Source: Anaeramoeba ignava BMAN
Lineage: Eukaryota > Protista > Anaeramoebae
DNA: 64,000 nt
NCBI GenBank assembly: GCA_028826165.1
Contig: JAPDFW010000070.1
Location: 1 to 64,000, forward strand
Direction: 5' to 3'
Below the pieces are notes generated by a model. The model saw nothing but the letters and a program-made list of their open reading frames with translations. It searched no databases and had not been told where the DNA came from. Made by a program: the position numbers and the translations under genes. How positions within the stretch are numbered: position 1 is the first letter of the stretch; every line of letters begins with the position of its first letter. This document shows, one piece after another, positions 25,365 to 36,950 of the stretch.

Positions 25365-28300
25365 ATGCAAGAACAATTAAATCAAATTGAAAAAGAATTT
25401 GAAGTTTTTAATTGGCTTAAAAATTTATTAGAAATTGAAATTTATCCAGAAATGCCAATTGAAATTTTAAGTAAATTACTTTGTGATGCATTAAATATTC
25501 TTGATCCAAAACTTAAAATTTCATCTTTAACGTAAATATATTAAAAATTATATTAAAAAATATATTAAAAAATATATTAAAATTTTTAAAATTTTTAAAA
25601 TTTAAAAAGAAATGATCCAACTCAAAATCTACGAAATATAATTCAAACTGCAAATAATTATAATATAAATCAAACATTCATTTTCCAAACAAGAGAAATT
25701 ATTATCCAAAAAAAGCATCATTTACTCACTTCATTATTTTTTGAGATTAAGAAAATTTTTAATGAAAAAAATTTAAATTTAAAAAAAGAAAAAGAAAAAG
25801 AAGAACTTTTTGTTGGAATTGAACAATTTAAACCAATAAAACCAATGGAACCAATTTTCCCATTAAATATTACAATTAAAATTCACAAAATGAAAATAGA
25901 AGATAATTTCCAAATCGGTGTTTTAATAATTGCACATTTAAATTATAATCATACATTTATTAATTGTTATTGTTCAAATCCAGAAATCAAAAAATATTTA
26001 TCATTGCCAATAAACAAATACATGATGAAACGATCTTTATTAAAGGAAATATCCGTAGGATTTCTTCCAAATTTAAGAAAAGAAGAAGCTTTAAATATAT
26101 TTCAAGCCTTTTTGTATTTGAAATTCAAGAATTCAAACACTAAATGTTTTTCCACAATTAGATTTTCAAGTTTATTTAATTACAAACTATTTATCAACTC
26201 GCTTGAAAAATTTAATAATATGGAAAATTATCAGATTTCCAAAGCTAGTAATCTAACAGAAATTTTGTGGAAAGAAATGAAGTCAGAATTATCAATTTAT
26301 AGTTTGTTGGCTCGATCTTTATATTTCCAAGGATCAACTGCATTTAATATTTTTGCAATTGAAATTCAAGAAAAAATCCAATTTAAACTTTCAAAAGCAG
26401 AACTGAAAGTGAAAAAAAATGCACTAATTATATCGGCAGAAAATGAATTTGAAAGAACAAAAAATATCAAGCAAAAAACACAAATTCGGAATGAAGAAGA
26501 ATCACATTTAACAACAATCACTTTTCCAGATAACTCGATATGGAAATTCAAAATGGAATCTGATTTCGAACAAAGTTTTTTGTTTAACATCATACATCAA
26601 TACATGGTATTGCTTCAGAAAAATGAAGCGGAGAAACAAGAAGATGATGTTGTAATTGAGGAATGGATGTCTTCAGATTTAGACGATTTTGGTGATGAAA
26701 TAGATATGGATGAAAATGAAGAAAAAAAGGAGTTTGTTCAGAATAACATAGAAAAACTCCCCATTGAGGATAATAATTGGAAATTTGTTGTACAATCAAA
26801 TTTTATACGGGGAGTCGCCAAGTTTGATAATTTGATTGTGATATATGATCAAACAAAGTTTTTGGCAGATTTGGAAATAAATTCAGTAGAATTTATTTTT
26901 TATTATCCTCCAGATTGCAAATTTGTTCAGAAATATGAACCAAATAGCAAAATATCGATTAATAAAAATCAATTTTTGGAGTTGAAAATTAGCTTTGGAG
27001 ATGATTTTGATCTTTATTTGCAGGCTCAAAATATAGAAATTGGGATTGCAATTTGGAAGACATTCAATTTGTTTAGTAATTATCCTGGGAATTGTGTGGA
27101 TGTTTTTAGTCCTTTTATAACAGGAAGTATTCTTGGATTTGAAGAAGAATGCCTTGCAATATCTTTGCGTTGTGTGGCAAATGAAGAGGCAGTTTTCCAC
27201 ACACAGATTATATCACAGAAGGATAAAAAAAAAGTTCACGGAATAATCAAGATTGATCAAAACTCAATTTCTGTTGTTTCTCTTTCGAAAATTATCACAA
27301 ATATTGGATGGAAAAGTGTATTTTTTAGAAAAGGATTATATCATTCAAAAAAAAATGTTATTGAAATTCACAGTAAAGATCCTGAATCTTCCAACGTTGC
27401 GGTATCTCTTCAATTTAAGCCTCCTGCACAGATGATGGTTGTTTTAATGATACTGCAAGCTTTCCAAAAAAATTTTGATAAATTTAGGCATGATTTCCAA
27501 GTTGTAGATATTCCCAATTTGGAATCTCCACTCGAGATTAAAAATAATAGCAACATAAGTAATAACACTCCAATTAAGTATATTGCCCAGAAAGTTTATT
27601 CATGCAATGTTATCAAGACAAGAGAAAGAACCAACGATTCAATTTCTTCTCCTTTATTTACAATAACACCGACAAATTTGGATTCTGTTTCCAATTTTCC
27701 TCAAACAATTAAAAAAATTTCAACACCAACACTATATTTCTATCAAGAAAACGATTCCCAATCTTTACAAACTCTTTTTCTATTCAGTCCACATATAATG
27801 GGTCTGGTTAAAGAGGAGCAGTATCCTTGCCAAATTTTTGTATATGAATATTATTTCACAATCAAATATTCACACAAACAAAAAATTTCTCGTGTGTTTT
27901 CGCCATATTCTCAAATGACGATTGACAAAATCAATCCTGCGAAAACAAGATTATTTATTGACGAACTTGAGTATGTTGATTTGATGTTTGAAAACCGAAA
28001 GATTGCGAAAGGGTTCAACATTTAAGTTCAATGAAATACAGAAAAATTATTTTAATCACGAACCAACTTGGAGCCGATTTTTGGCTTATAAATCAAATCA
28101 AAACTATTCTTTTCCTTGTATATTTAAAACGCATCTTGGGGAAGTTAATGGCTCAATAACACTTAATTTTGATTCATTCCAAATTGATTCTTCTATTGAT
28201 AATTCGATTATTTTTTACACATTACAGATGAAAATCACACCTATTTTCATGGAAAACCAAGAAAATGATAAATATTCATTGATTATTAAAATTTCATCCG

Positions 28301-29220
28301 ATTTTTCATTGATTATCACTTTTAGTTCGATTAATATTGCTTTAGAATTTGAGAAGTTATTTATTAATTTACTCACAAGATTTTTTGTCCAATCATTTGA
28401 GGAAAGACTAATTAAATATGAAGTTTCAATCAAAGATTTAGAATCAAAGAAAAAGAACAAGAGTAAAAAGTCTATTCTTTATATCACACCGAATAGAATA
28501 GCTTTTGAATTAATGAATGGGAATATTTTTGTATTTAAATCTCTTCTTTGCTTTGTTTATGATCAACATGATAATTCGTTTAAAATTCAAGTTCCCAATT
28601 TTAAGTTTTATCATATTTTATTTAGATCAGAAATTATCAAAAAGGATGTGGAATTCTATTTACAAAAATTTCAATTTCATGAGATCATTTCTTCTGATTC
28701 TTGGAATTTTCGAGTTAAATTAATTAAAGGAAATAATGTTACTTCATCTTTGACTCAAGGAACTGTTTCTTTTAATGAAAAAGTGATTATTCTTATTTTT
28801 CATTCTATTAAATTTGAAAATTCTATTCAAGAAACTTCTCTTTATCTTCATCATAAAAACAAAGATCTTGTTCAAATTTCTTTTTCAAATAATCAAAATT
28901 TTTTAGTTTCTTTTGAGACTTATAATTATCATGAAATATTTATAAGAAATTTTCAGATTGTTAAAAATCAAAATATGAGATCAAATTTTAATTCATTTCA
29001 AAATGAAAATATGAATTCAAATACAAATACAAATACAAATACAAATGAAAATACAAATACAAATACAAATACAAATACAAATACAAATACAAATACAAAT
29101 ACAAATACAAATACAAATACAAATGAAAATACAAATGAAAATACAAATGAAAATACAAATACAAATTCGAATTTAACTTCTATTTCCATTTCCAATTCAA
29201 ATTCAATGGATATGATTTAA
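25365..29220 (+). CDS. Uncharacterised ~1250-aa protein: N-terminal calponin-homology-like domain followed by repeated PH-like modules; intron 25532-25609; +1 frameshift near 28020
   Basis: VFNWLKNLL..SKLLCDALNILDP..QNLRNIIQTA..FIFQTREI resembles a CH domain. Two long ORFs (25845-28025, 27988-29220) overlap. NT/NE-repeat tail. Confidence 0.6.
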
Positions 29221-29227
29221 TTCCTAA

Positions 29228-29995
29228 TTCAATTTTAAATCAATTTTAAATCAATTTTATATTAATTTTAAATCAATTTAAATTAATTTTATATCAATTT
29301 TATATCAATTTTAAATCAATTTTAAATCAATTTTAAATCAATTTTAAATCAATTTTATATCAATTTTAAATCAATTTTAAATCAATTTTAAATCAATTTT
29401 AAATCAATTTTAAATCAATTTTAAATCAATTTTAAATATCAATTTTATATCAATTTTAAATCAATTTTATATCAATTTTATATCAATTTTATATCAATTT
29501 TATATTAATTTTATATCAATTTTATATTAATTTTATATCAATTTTATATCAATTTTATATCAATTTTATATCAATTTTATATCAATTTTATATCAATTTT
29601 AAATTAATTTTATATCAATTTTATATCAATTTTATATCAATTTTATATCAATTTTATATTAATTTTATATCAATTTTAAATCAATTTTAAATCAATTTTA
29701 TATTAATTTATATCAATTTATATTAATTTTAAATCAATTTTATATTAATTTTATATCAATTTTAAATCAATTTTAAATTAATTTTAAATCAATTTTAAAT
29801 CAATTTTAAATCAATTTTATATTAATTTATATCAATTTTTATATCAATTTTAAATTTATATCAATTTTATATTAATTTTATATTAATTTTATATCAATTT
29901 TATATCAATTTTATATCAATTTTATATCAATTTTATATTAATTTTAAATTAATTTTAAATCAATTTTATATCAATTTTAAATCAATTTTATATTA
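29228..29995. repeat. 11-bp satellite (TCAATTTTAAA/TCAATTTTATA)n
   Basis: Read directly; same unit as 59280-61022. Confidence 0.95.
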
Positions 29996-30217
29996 ATATT
30001 TGTAAAAATAATGATAAAATTTGATTTCTTTTGTTTTGTTTCAATAATAGTTTTTTTTTTATTCTATAATTTAAATAAAATCAGATTTTTAATGTTTGAA
30101 AAATGTTTTAAAAATGTTTTCTTCTTTGTTTCTTTTCTTTTGTTTTAAAAAAAAGGAAAAAACTATCAAGTAAAATAAAGAAAAAAGAATTGAAATGAAT
30201 TTTATTTTTTTTTCCAT

Positions 30218-32339
30218 TTAACAACAATTTCCTTTGTCTTTTTTTTCGAATGATTCATTTGTTATTTTTTGTCTAGCTTTTTTTTTTCTTGGTTTTGTTA
30301 TATGTTGTTTTGATCTAAAATGAAAAAATTTTAATTTTAAATTAGATTAATTTCAAAAATAAATTAGAAATAAATTAGAAATGATTTACTTTTCAGTCCA
30401 AGCATCTACTAACATTTCAAAAGCTTTTTTAACATTTTCTCCTGATTTTGCACTTACTTCAATAAATGGACAAGATCTTGAATTTGCAGCATTCTAAAAT
30501 ATAAATAAAATCGGATAAAAATATAAATAAAAATTTATAAATAAAATCGGATAAAAATTTAAATAAAAATTTAAATAAAAATTGGATAAAAATTTATAAA
30601 TAAAATCGGATAAAAATATATAAATAAAAATTTAAATAAAAATATAAATAAAAATTTAAATAAAATCAGATAAAAATTTATAAATAAAAATTTATAAATA
30701 AAAATTTAAATAAAAATTGGATAAAAATATAAACAAAATCAGATAAAAATTTATAAATAAAAATTTAAATAAAAATTGGATAAAAATTTATAAATAAAAT
30801 TACCAATCCTCTTTCAGTTGAAATTTTGCGTTTATTTTCAAGATCTGTTTTATTTCCTACAAGAATTTTTACTACAGAAGGTGGTGCTTGTTTGGAAATT
30901 TCATCAAACCAATGATCTACTTGATCAAAACTATTTTCATCAGTAATATCATAAACAATCATAACTCCATCAGCATCTCGATAATATGAACTTGTAATTG
31001 TTCTAAATCTTTCTTGTCCTGTTTATTATATTTATTATATTTAGATTTAGATTTAATTTCTCTTGTTATTTCTTTTGATATAAAATCATTTTTATTATAA
31101 CAAACCTGCTGTATCCCACTATTTAGATTTATATTTATATTTATATTTATAATTATATTTAGATTTAAATTTAGATTTATATTTATATTTATATTTATAT
31201 TTATATTTATATTTATATTTATATTTATATTTATATTTATATTTATATTTATATTTATATTTATATTTATATTTATATTTATATTTATATTTATATTTAT
31301 ATTTATATTTATATTTATATTTATATTTATATTTATATTTATATTTATATTTATATTTATATTTATATTTATATTTATATTTAGTTTATATTTATATTTA
31401 TATTTATATTTATATTTATATTTATATTTATATTTATATTTATATTTTTATTTTTATTATTTATTTTTATTTATATTTATATTTATATTTATATTTGGAT
31501 TTATATTTATATTTATATTTATATTTATATTTATATTTTATATTTATATTTATATTTATATTTATATTTATATTTATATTTATATTTATATTTATATTTA
31601 TATTTATATTTATATTTATATTTATATTTATATTTATATTTATATTTATATTTATATTTATATTTATATTTATATTTATATTTATATTTATATTTTATTT
31701 ATATTTATATTTATATTTATATTTATATTTATATTTATATTTATATTTATATTTATATTTATATATTTATATTTATATTTATATTTATATTTGGATTTTA
31801 TTTAGATTTAGATTTATATTTATATTTATATTTATATTTATATTTATATTTATATTTATATTTATATTTATATTTATATTTATATTTAGATTTATATTTA
31901 TATTTATATTTATATTTATATTTATATTTATATTTATATTTATATTTATATTTATATTTATATTTATAATTATTTTTATATTTATATTTATAAAAACATA
32001 ACGAATATTCAGATTTATATTTATATTTATATTTATATTTATATTTATATTTTGTTTCAGTTTTTCATTTTGAATTTGAATTTAAATTTAAATTAGATTT
32101 GCCATTTTTAATTCAAAAAAAATTATAAAAGAAAAAAAATTTAAAAAAATTACAATTTGAAGACCAATTGTTTCATCATTTTTATTTAAAGAAACAAAAC
32201 GAAAATCAACACCAATTGTAAAACCAAGATTACTTTCAAATTTATTATCACAAAAACGAAGAAGAATACAACTTTTTCCAGCCATACTTCTACCAATAAT
32301 AATTAATTTTAATAATAAAGAATCGGAAACATTTGACAT
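30218..32339 (-). CDS. Divergent Rab1-like small GTPase, 5 exons including a 13-nt microexon (31106-31118)
   Basis: [49 protein letters not shown] and a C-terminal CC prenylation motif. Confidence 0.93.
31120..32050. repeat. (TTTATA)n microsatellite in Rab intron 1
   Basis: Near-perfect hexamer array of ~900 bp. Confidence 0.95.
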
Positions 32340-32467
32340 TTGAAAAAGAAGAAAAAGAAAAAAAATGAAAAAAAAAATAATTGGAAAAAAAAATTTTTTT
32401 ATTGAAAAATAAAAAAATAAAAAAATAATCAAATAACAACAAGACCCAAAAAAATTTTCTTATTTAC

Positions 32468-33152
32468 AAATCAATTTCAATTTCAAATCAATTTCTAATC
32501 AATTTCTAATCAATTTCAAATCAATTTCCAATCAATTTCTAATAAATCAATTTCAAATCAATTTCAATTTCAATTTCTAATAAATCAATTTCTATTCAAT
32601 TTCAAATCAATTTCATATCAATTTCAAATCAATTTCAAATCAATTTCAATTTCAATTTCTAATCAATTTCAAATCAATTTCAATTTCAATTTCAATTTCA
32701 ATTTCATATCAATTTCATATCAATTTCAAATCAATTTCAAATCAATTTCAAATCAATTTCAAATCAATTTCAAATCAATTTCAAATCAATTTCAATTTCA
32801 AATCAATTTCAATCAATTTAAAATCAATTTCATATCAATTTCAAATCAATTTCAAATCAATTTCTAATCAATCAATTTCTAATCAATTTCTAATCAATTT
32901 CATATCAATTTCTAATCAATTTCAAATCAATTTCAAATCAATTTCAAATCAATCAATTTCTAATCAATTTCAATTTCAAATCAATTTCAATTTCAAATCA
33001 ATTTCAAATCAATTTCATATCAATTTCTAATCAATTTCAAGTCAATTTCATATCAATTTAAAGTCAATTTCAAATCAATTTTAAATCAATTTCAAATCAA
33101 TTTCAAATCAATTTTAAATCAATTTCAAATCAATTTCAAATCAATTTCAAAT
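32468..33152. repeat. 11-bp satellite (TCAATTTCAAA)n
   Basis: Variant of the 11-bp family, read directly. Confidence 0.9.
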
Positions 33153-33168
33153 CTAATAAAAATAAAAG

Positions 33169-34168
33169 TCAATTCAATTTTTCTTTGAGTTTTTCAATAG
33201 ATAAATTCGATTGTGAAAGTAAACTTGGTTTCGTTTTTTGAATTTGAACAATAGTTTCTTCAACATTTCTCCAAGTTTTTGTTTTCTTCTGAAATCTAGG
33301 AGTAAGAGCTCTTCTTGTTTTTGGTTTAGCATAATCATTAAGCTTATTAAAATTGACATTTGAATCCAAATTCGAATTTTCAACTTCAATTACCAAATCA
33401 TTTGATCTCAAACGAATAGGAGATGGCGCAGGCCTTCCTCTTAAAATACCTCGAGGAATCTTAGCAGAACTTGAGCGGGAATTATTTTTTGATTTTAATT
33501 TTTTTTTGCTTCGAGTTCTTTCAAGTTTTTTTTTCGGTTTTTTTTCACATTCCATTTTTTCTTTAAGTTGAATTAGCAAATCTTGAACTTGAGAAATAGT
33601 TGGTCTTTTTAAAGGATCTTCGCAAGTACATTTTTCGTAAAGCTCGTTGAATCCGATTTCCCAGAAAATAATTCCCAAATAACGGATGTCAAGAGCGTAT
33701 TCTTCATAATTATTTTTGGGAATTTTTTCAACAAGTCCAAGATCACAAAGTTTTGCATGTTGATCAATAGTAACAAGCACGTTATCGCAATTTAAGTCAT
33801 GAATTACTCTTCCGCTTTTATGAATAGTTGCAACGGCTGTGCAAATATCGGACATAATATTGAACCGAGTTTGAAAAGAAATATCTTTTGTTTTTTTCAA
33901 AAAGGATCTTAAAGAACCAAGTGGAAAATATTCCATTAGATAAGCTTGCTTTGTTTTTGTTGATAAATCAACCAGAATTTTAATTATGTTTGGATGAAAT
34001 GAAAATTTTTTAAGTGTTTGTATTTCTTGCAAATTGAATGAATCATTTTTGGAATATTTTGAGTGCATAAGATTTTCCTGGTTTTCCAAGTGTAACTTTA
34101 TAAACAGTTCCAAAAGTACCTCCTCCAAGAACTGGTGCATGAACAATATCAAATGAGTTTAAATTCAT
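33169..34168 (-). CDS. Divergent protein kinase / probable pseudokinase, +1 frameshift near 34047
   Basis: ATG 34168 gives MNLNSFDIVHAPVLGGGTFGTVYK..YALKIF. The next frame gives EIQTL..HPNII..LMEYFPLGSL..VIHDLNCDNVLV..AKLCDLG..DIRYLGIIFWE..DPLKRPT. Confidence 0.75.
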
Positions 34169-34454
34169 TTCGAAATGAATTAAACTAAATAAAATTTTTT
34201 TTTAACGCAAAAAAAAAGGGAACAAAATGAAAAAGAAAAAATGAAATCAAAAAAAATTAAAAAAATTAAAAAATAAAAAAAAATTTTTTTTTTAATTCTT
34301 AAAAATAAGAGTTCGTTATTATTTTTTTACAAAATTTAATTTCAAAAATTTTTCCTTTCAAAACTCTTAAAAAGGAGAGGAATGGAAAAAGAAAAGAAAA
34401 GAAAAGAAAAGAAAAAAAGAGAATAAGATTAAATTAAAAAATTTTTTTTAATCA

Positions 34455-34960
34455 AATAAATTTTATTCCACTTTTTTCAATTATTTAATAAATAAATTTT
34501 ATTCCATTTGTTTCAATTATTTATTAAATCAATTATTAAATAAATTATTAAATAAATTATATTCCATTTGTTTCAATTATTTATTAAATAAATTAATAAA
34601 TAAATTTTATTCCACTTTTTTCAATTATTTAATAATTCAATTGTTAAATAAATAATTAAATCAATTATTAAATAAATTATTAAATAAATTATTAAATAAA
34701 TTTTATTCCATTTGTTTCAATTATTTATTAAATAAATTATTAAATAAATTTTATTCCATTTTTTTTTTCAATTATTCAATAAATAAATTATTAAATAAAT
34801 TATTAAATAAATTTTTAAATAAATTATTAAATAAATTATTAAATAAATTATTAAATAAATCATTAAATAAATTTGTAAATAAATTATTAAATAAATTATT
34901 AAATAAATTATTAAATAAATTATTAAATAAATTATTTATTCTACTTTTTAAATAAATTTA
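34455..34960. repeat. AT-rich (TAAATAAATTAT)n array with recurring 'attccatttgtttcaattat' units
   Basis: Lies between the divergently transcribed kinase and IscU genes. Confidence 0.8.
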
Positions 34961-35271
34961 AATTAATAAATTATTGATTAAATTTGTTTCCATTTTTAAA
35001 TAAAATTAATTTTAAATTTGATCAAAGAAAAATGATCAAAAAGAAAAATGAAATAAAAAAAAATGAATAAAGAAAAAGATTTATTTTTGAATCTTTTTTT
35101 AAATTTTTAATTTGGGGGATTAAATAATTTTTGATTTATTAAATTAAAAAAATTTAAATAAAAATTAAAAAGGGGGATTTTGTTTAAAAAAGAAAAAAAA
35201 AATAAATTCATTTTTTCATTTTTTCATTTTTATTTTTTTTAAGTTTTATTATTTTATTTTTTAAAATAATT

Positions 35272-36762
35272 ATGCTTTCAAGAGTTTTAAATTATTCAAA
35301 TAAACCTTCATTTAAGATAGTTAGTTTAAAAAGTAAAAATATTTTACTTCAACTTTATCATGAAAAAGTTATTGATCATTATGAAAATCCACGAAATGTT
35401 GGGACACTTGATAAAAAAAAAAAGAACGTAGGAACTGGACTTGTTGGTGCTCCAGGTTAGTTTTTTATTTATATTTTTATTTTTATATTTAAATTTTTAT
35501 ATTTTTATATTTAAATTTTTATATTTTTAGCTTGTGGTGATGTAATGCGTTTACAAATTGAAGTTGATGATCAAGGAAAAATAAAAAATGCAGTTTTTAA
35601 AACATTTGGTATTTATTTATAATTAAAATTAAAATTAAAATTAAAATTAAAATTAAAATTAAAATTAAAATAAAATTAAAATTAAAATTAAAATTAAAAT
35701 TAAAATTAAAATTAAAATTAAAATTAAAATTAAAATTAAAATTAAAATTAAAATTAAAATTAAAATTAAAATTAAAATTCATTTATAAAATTAAAATTAA
35801 AATTAAAATTAAAATTAAAATTTAAAATTAAAATTCATTTATAAAATTAAAATTAATATTAAAATTAAAATTAAAATTAAAATTAAAATTAAAATTAAAA
35901 TTAAAATTAAAATTAAAAATTAAAATTAAAATTAAAATTTAAAATTAAAATTAAAATTAAAAATTAAAATTAAAATTAAAATTAAAATTAAAATTAAAAT
36001 TAAAATTAAAATTTAAAAAATTAAAAATTAAAATTAAAATTAAAATTAAAATTAAAAAATTCATTTATAAAATTAAAATTAAAATTAAAATTAAAATTCA
36101 TTAAAATTAAATTAAAATTAAATTTATAATTTAAAATTAAAATTAAAATTAAATTAAAATTAAAATTCATTTATAAAATTAAAATTAAAAATTCAAAATT
36201 AAAATTTAAAATTAAAATTAAAATTAAAATTAAAATTAAAATTCATTTATAAAATTAAAATTAAAATTAAAATTCATTTATAAAATTAAAATTAAAATTA
36301 AAATTAAAATCAAAATTAAAATTAAAATTAAAATTAAAATTAAAATTAAAATTAAAATTAAAATTAAAATTAAAATTCATTTATAAAATTAAAATTAAAT
36401 TCAAAATTAAAATTAAAATTCATTTATAAAATTAAGGATGTGGAAGTGCAATAGCAAGTAGTTCTTTTGCAACAGAATTAATTAAAGGAAAATCAATAGA
36501 TGAAGCACTTGGAGTAAAAAATTCAGTTATAGCAAATGAATTAAGTTTACCACCAGTAAAATTACATTGTTCAATGTTAGCAGAAGATGCAATTAGAGCA
36601 GCTGTTAAAGATTTTCAAGCTAAAAATCCAGGTTTTCAATGTTGTGGAGCTGGTCATTGTGATACAATCCAAATTCCTCAAAAAGAAAGACCAAGTAAAA
36701 GAAAAACAGGAGAAAAAACTGAAGAAAAAACTGAAGAAAAAGAAAAAGAAAAAGAAAAATAA
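35272..36762 (+). CDS. ISCU: Fe-S cluster scaffold IscU with an N-terminal organellar presequence (exons 35272-35455, 35531-35608, 36437-36762)
   Basis: YHEKVIDHYENPRNVG, GAPACGDVMRLQI, FKTFGCGSAIASSS and LPPVKLHCSMLAEDAI; all three Cys ligands and the LPPVK Hsp70-binding motif are present. Confidence 0.97.
35620..36430. repeat. (AAAATT)n microsatellite in IscU intron 2
   Basis: Read directly. Confidence 0.95.
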
Positions 36763-36894
36763 AAAATAATCAGTTATTGATTAAATTTTTTTTTGATCAA
36801 GATTTGATGAAAGATTTTTTTTCTTTGTTTTCTTTCTTTCTTTCTTTCTTTTAATAAAAATTTAAATTAAAAAAAAATTAAAAAACGTTAAAAA

Positions 36895-36950
36895 ATCTTT
36901 TTTTCATTTTTTCATTTTTTCATTTTTTCATTTTTTTCATTTAATTAAAA
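36895..36950 (+). promoter_or_regulatory. Tandem TCATTT initiator-like elements just upstream of the ATG (example; recurs before most genes)
   Basis: 'ttttcattttttcattttttcattttttcatttttttcatttaattaaaaATG'. Confidence 0.5.
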
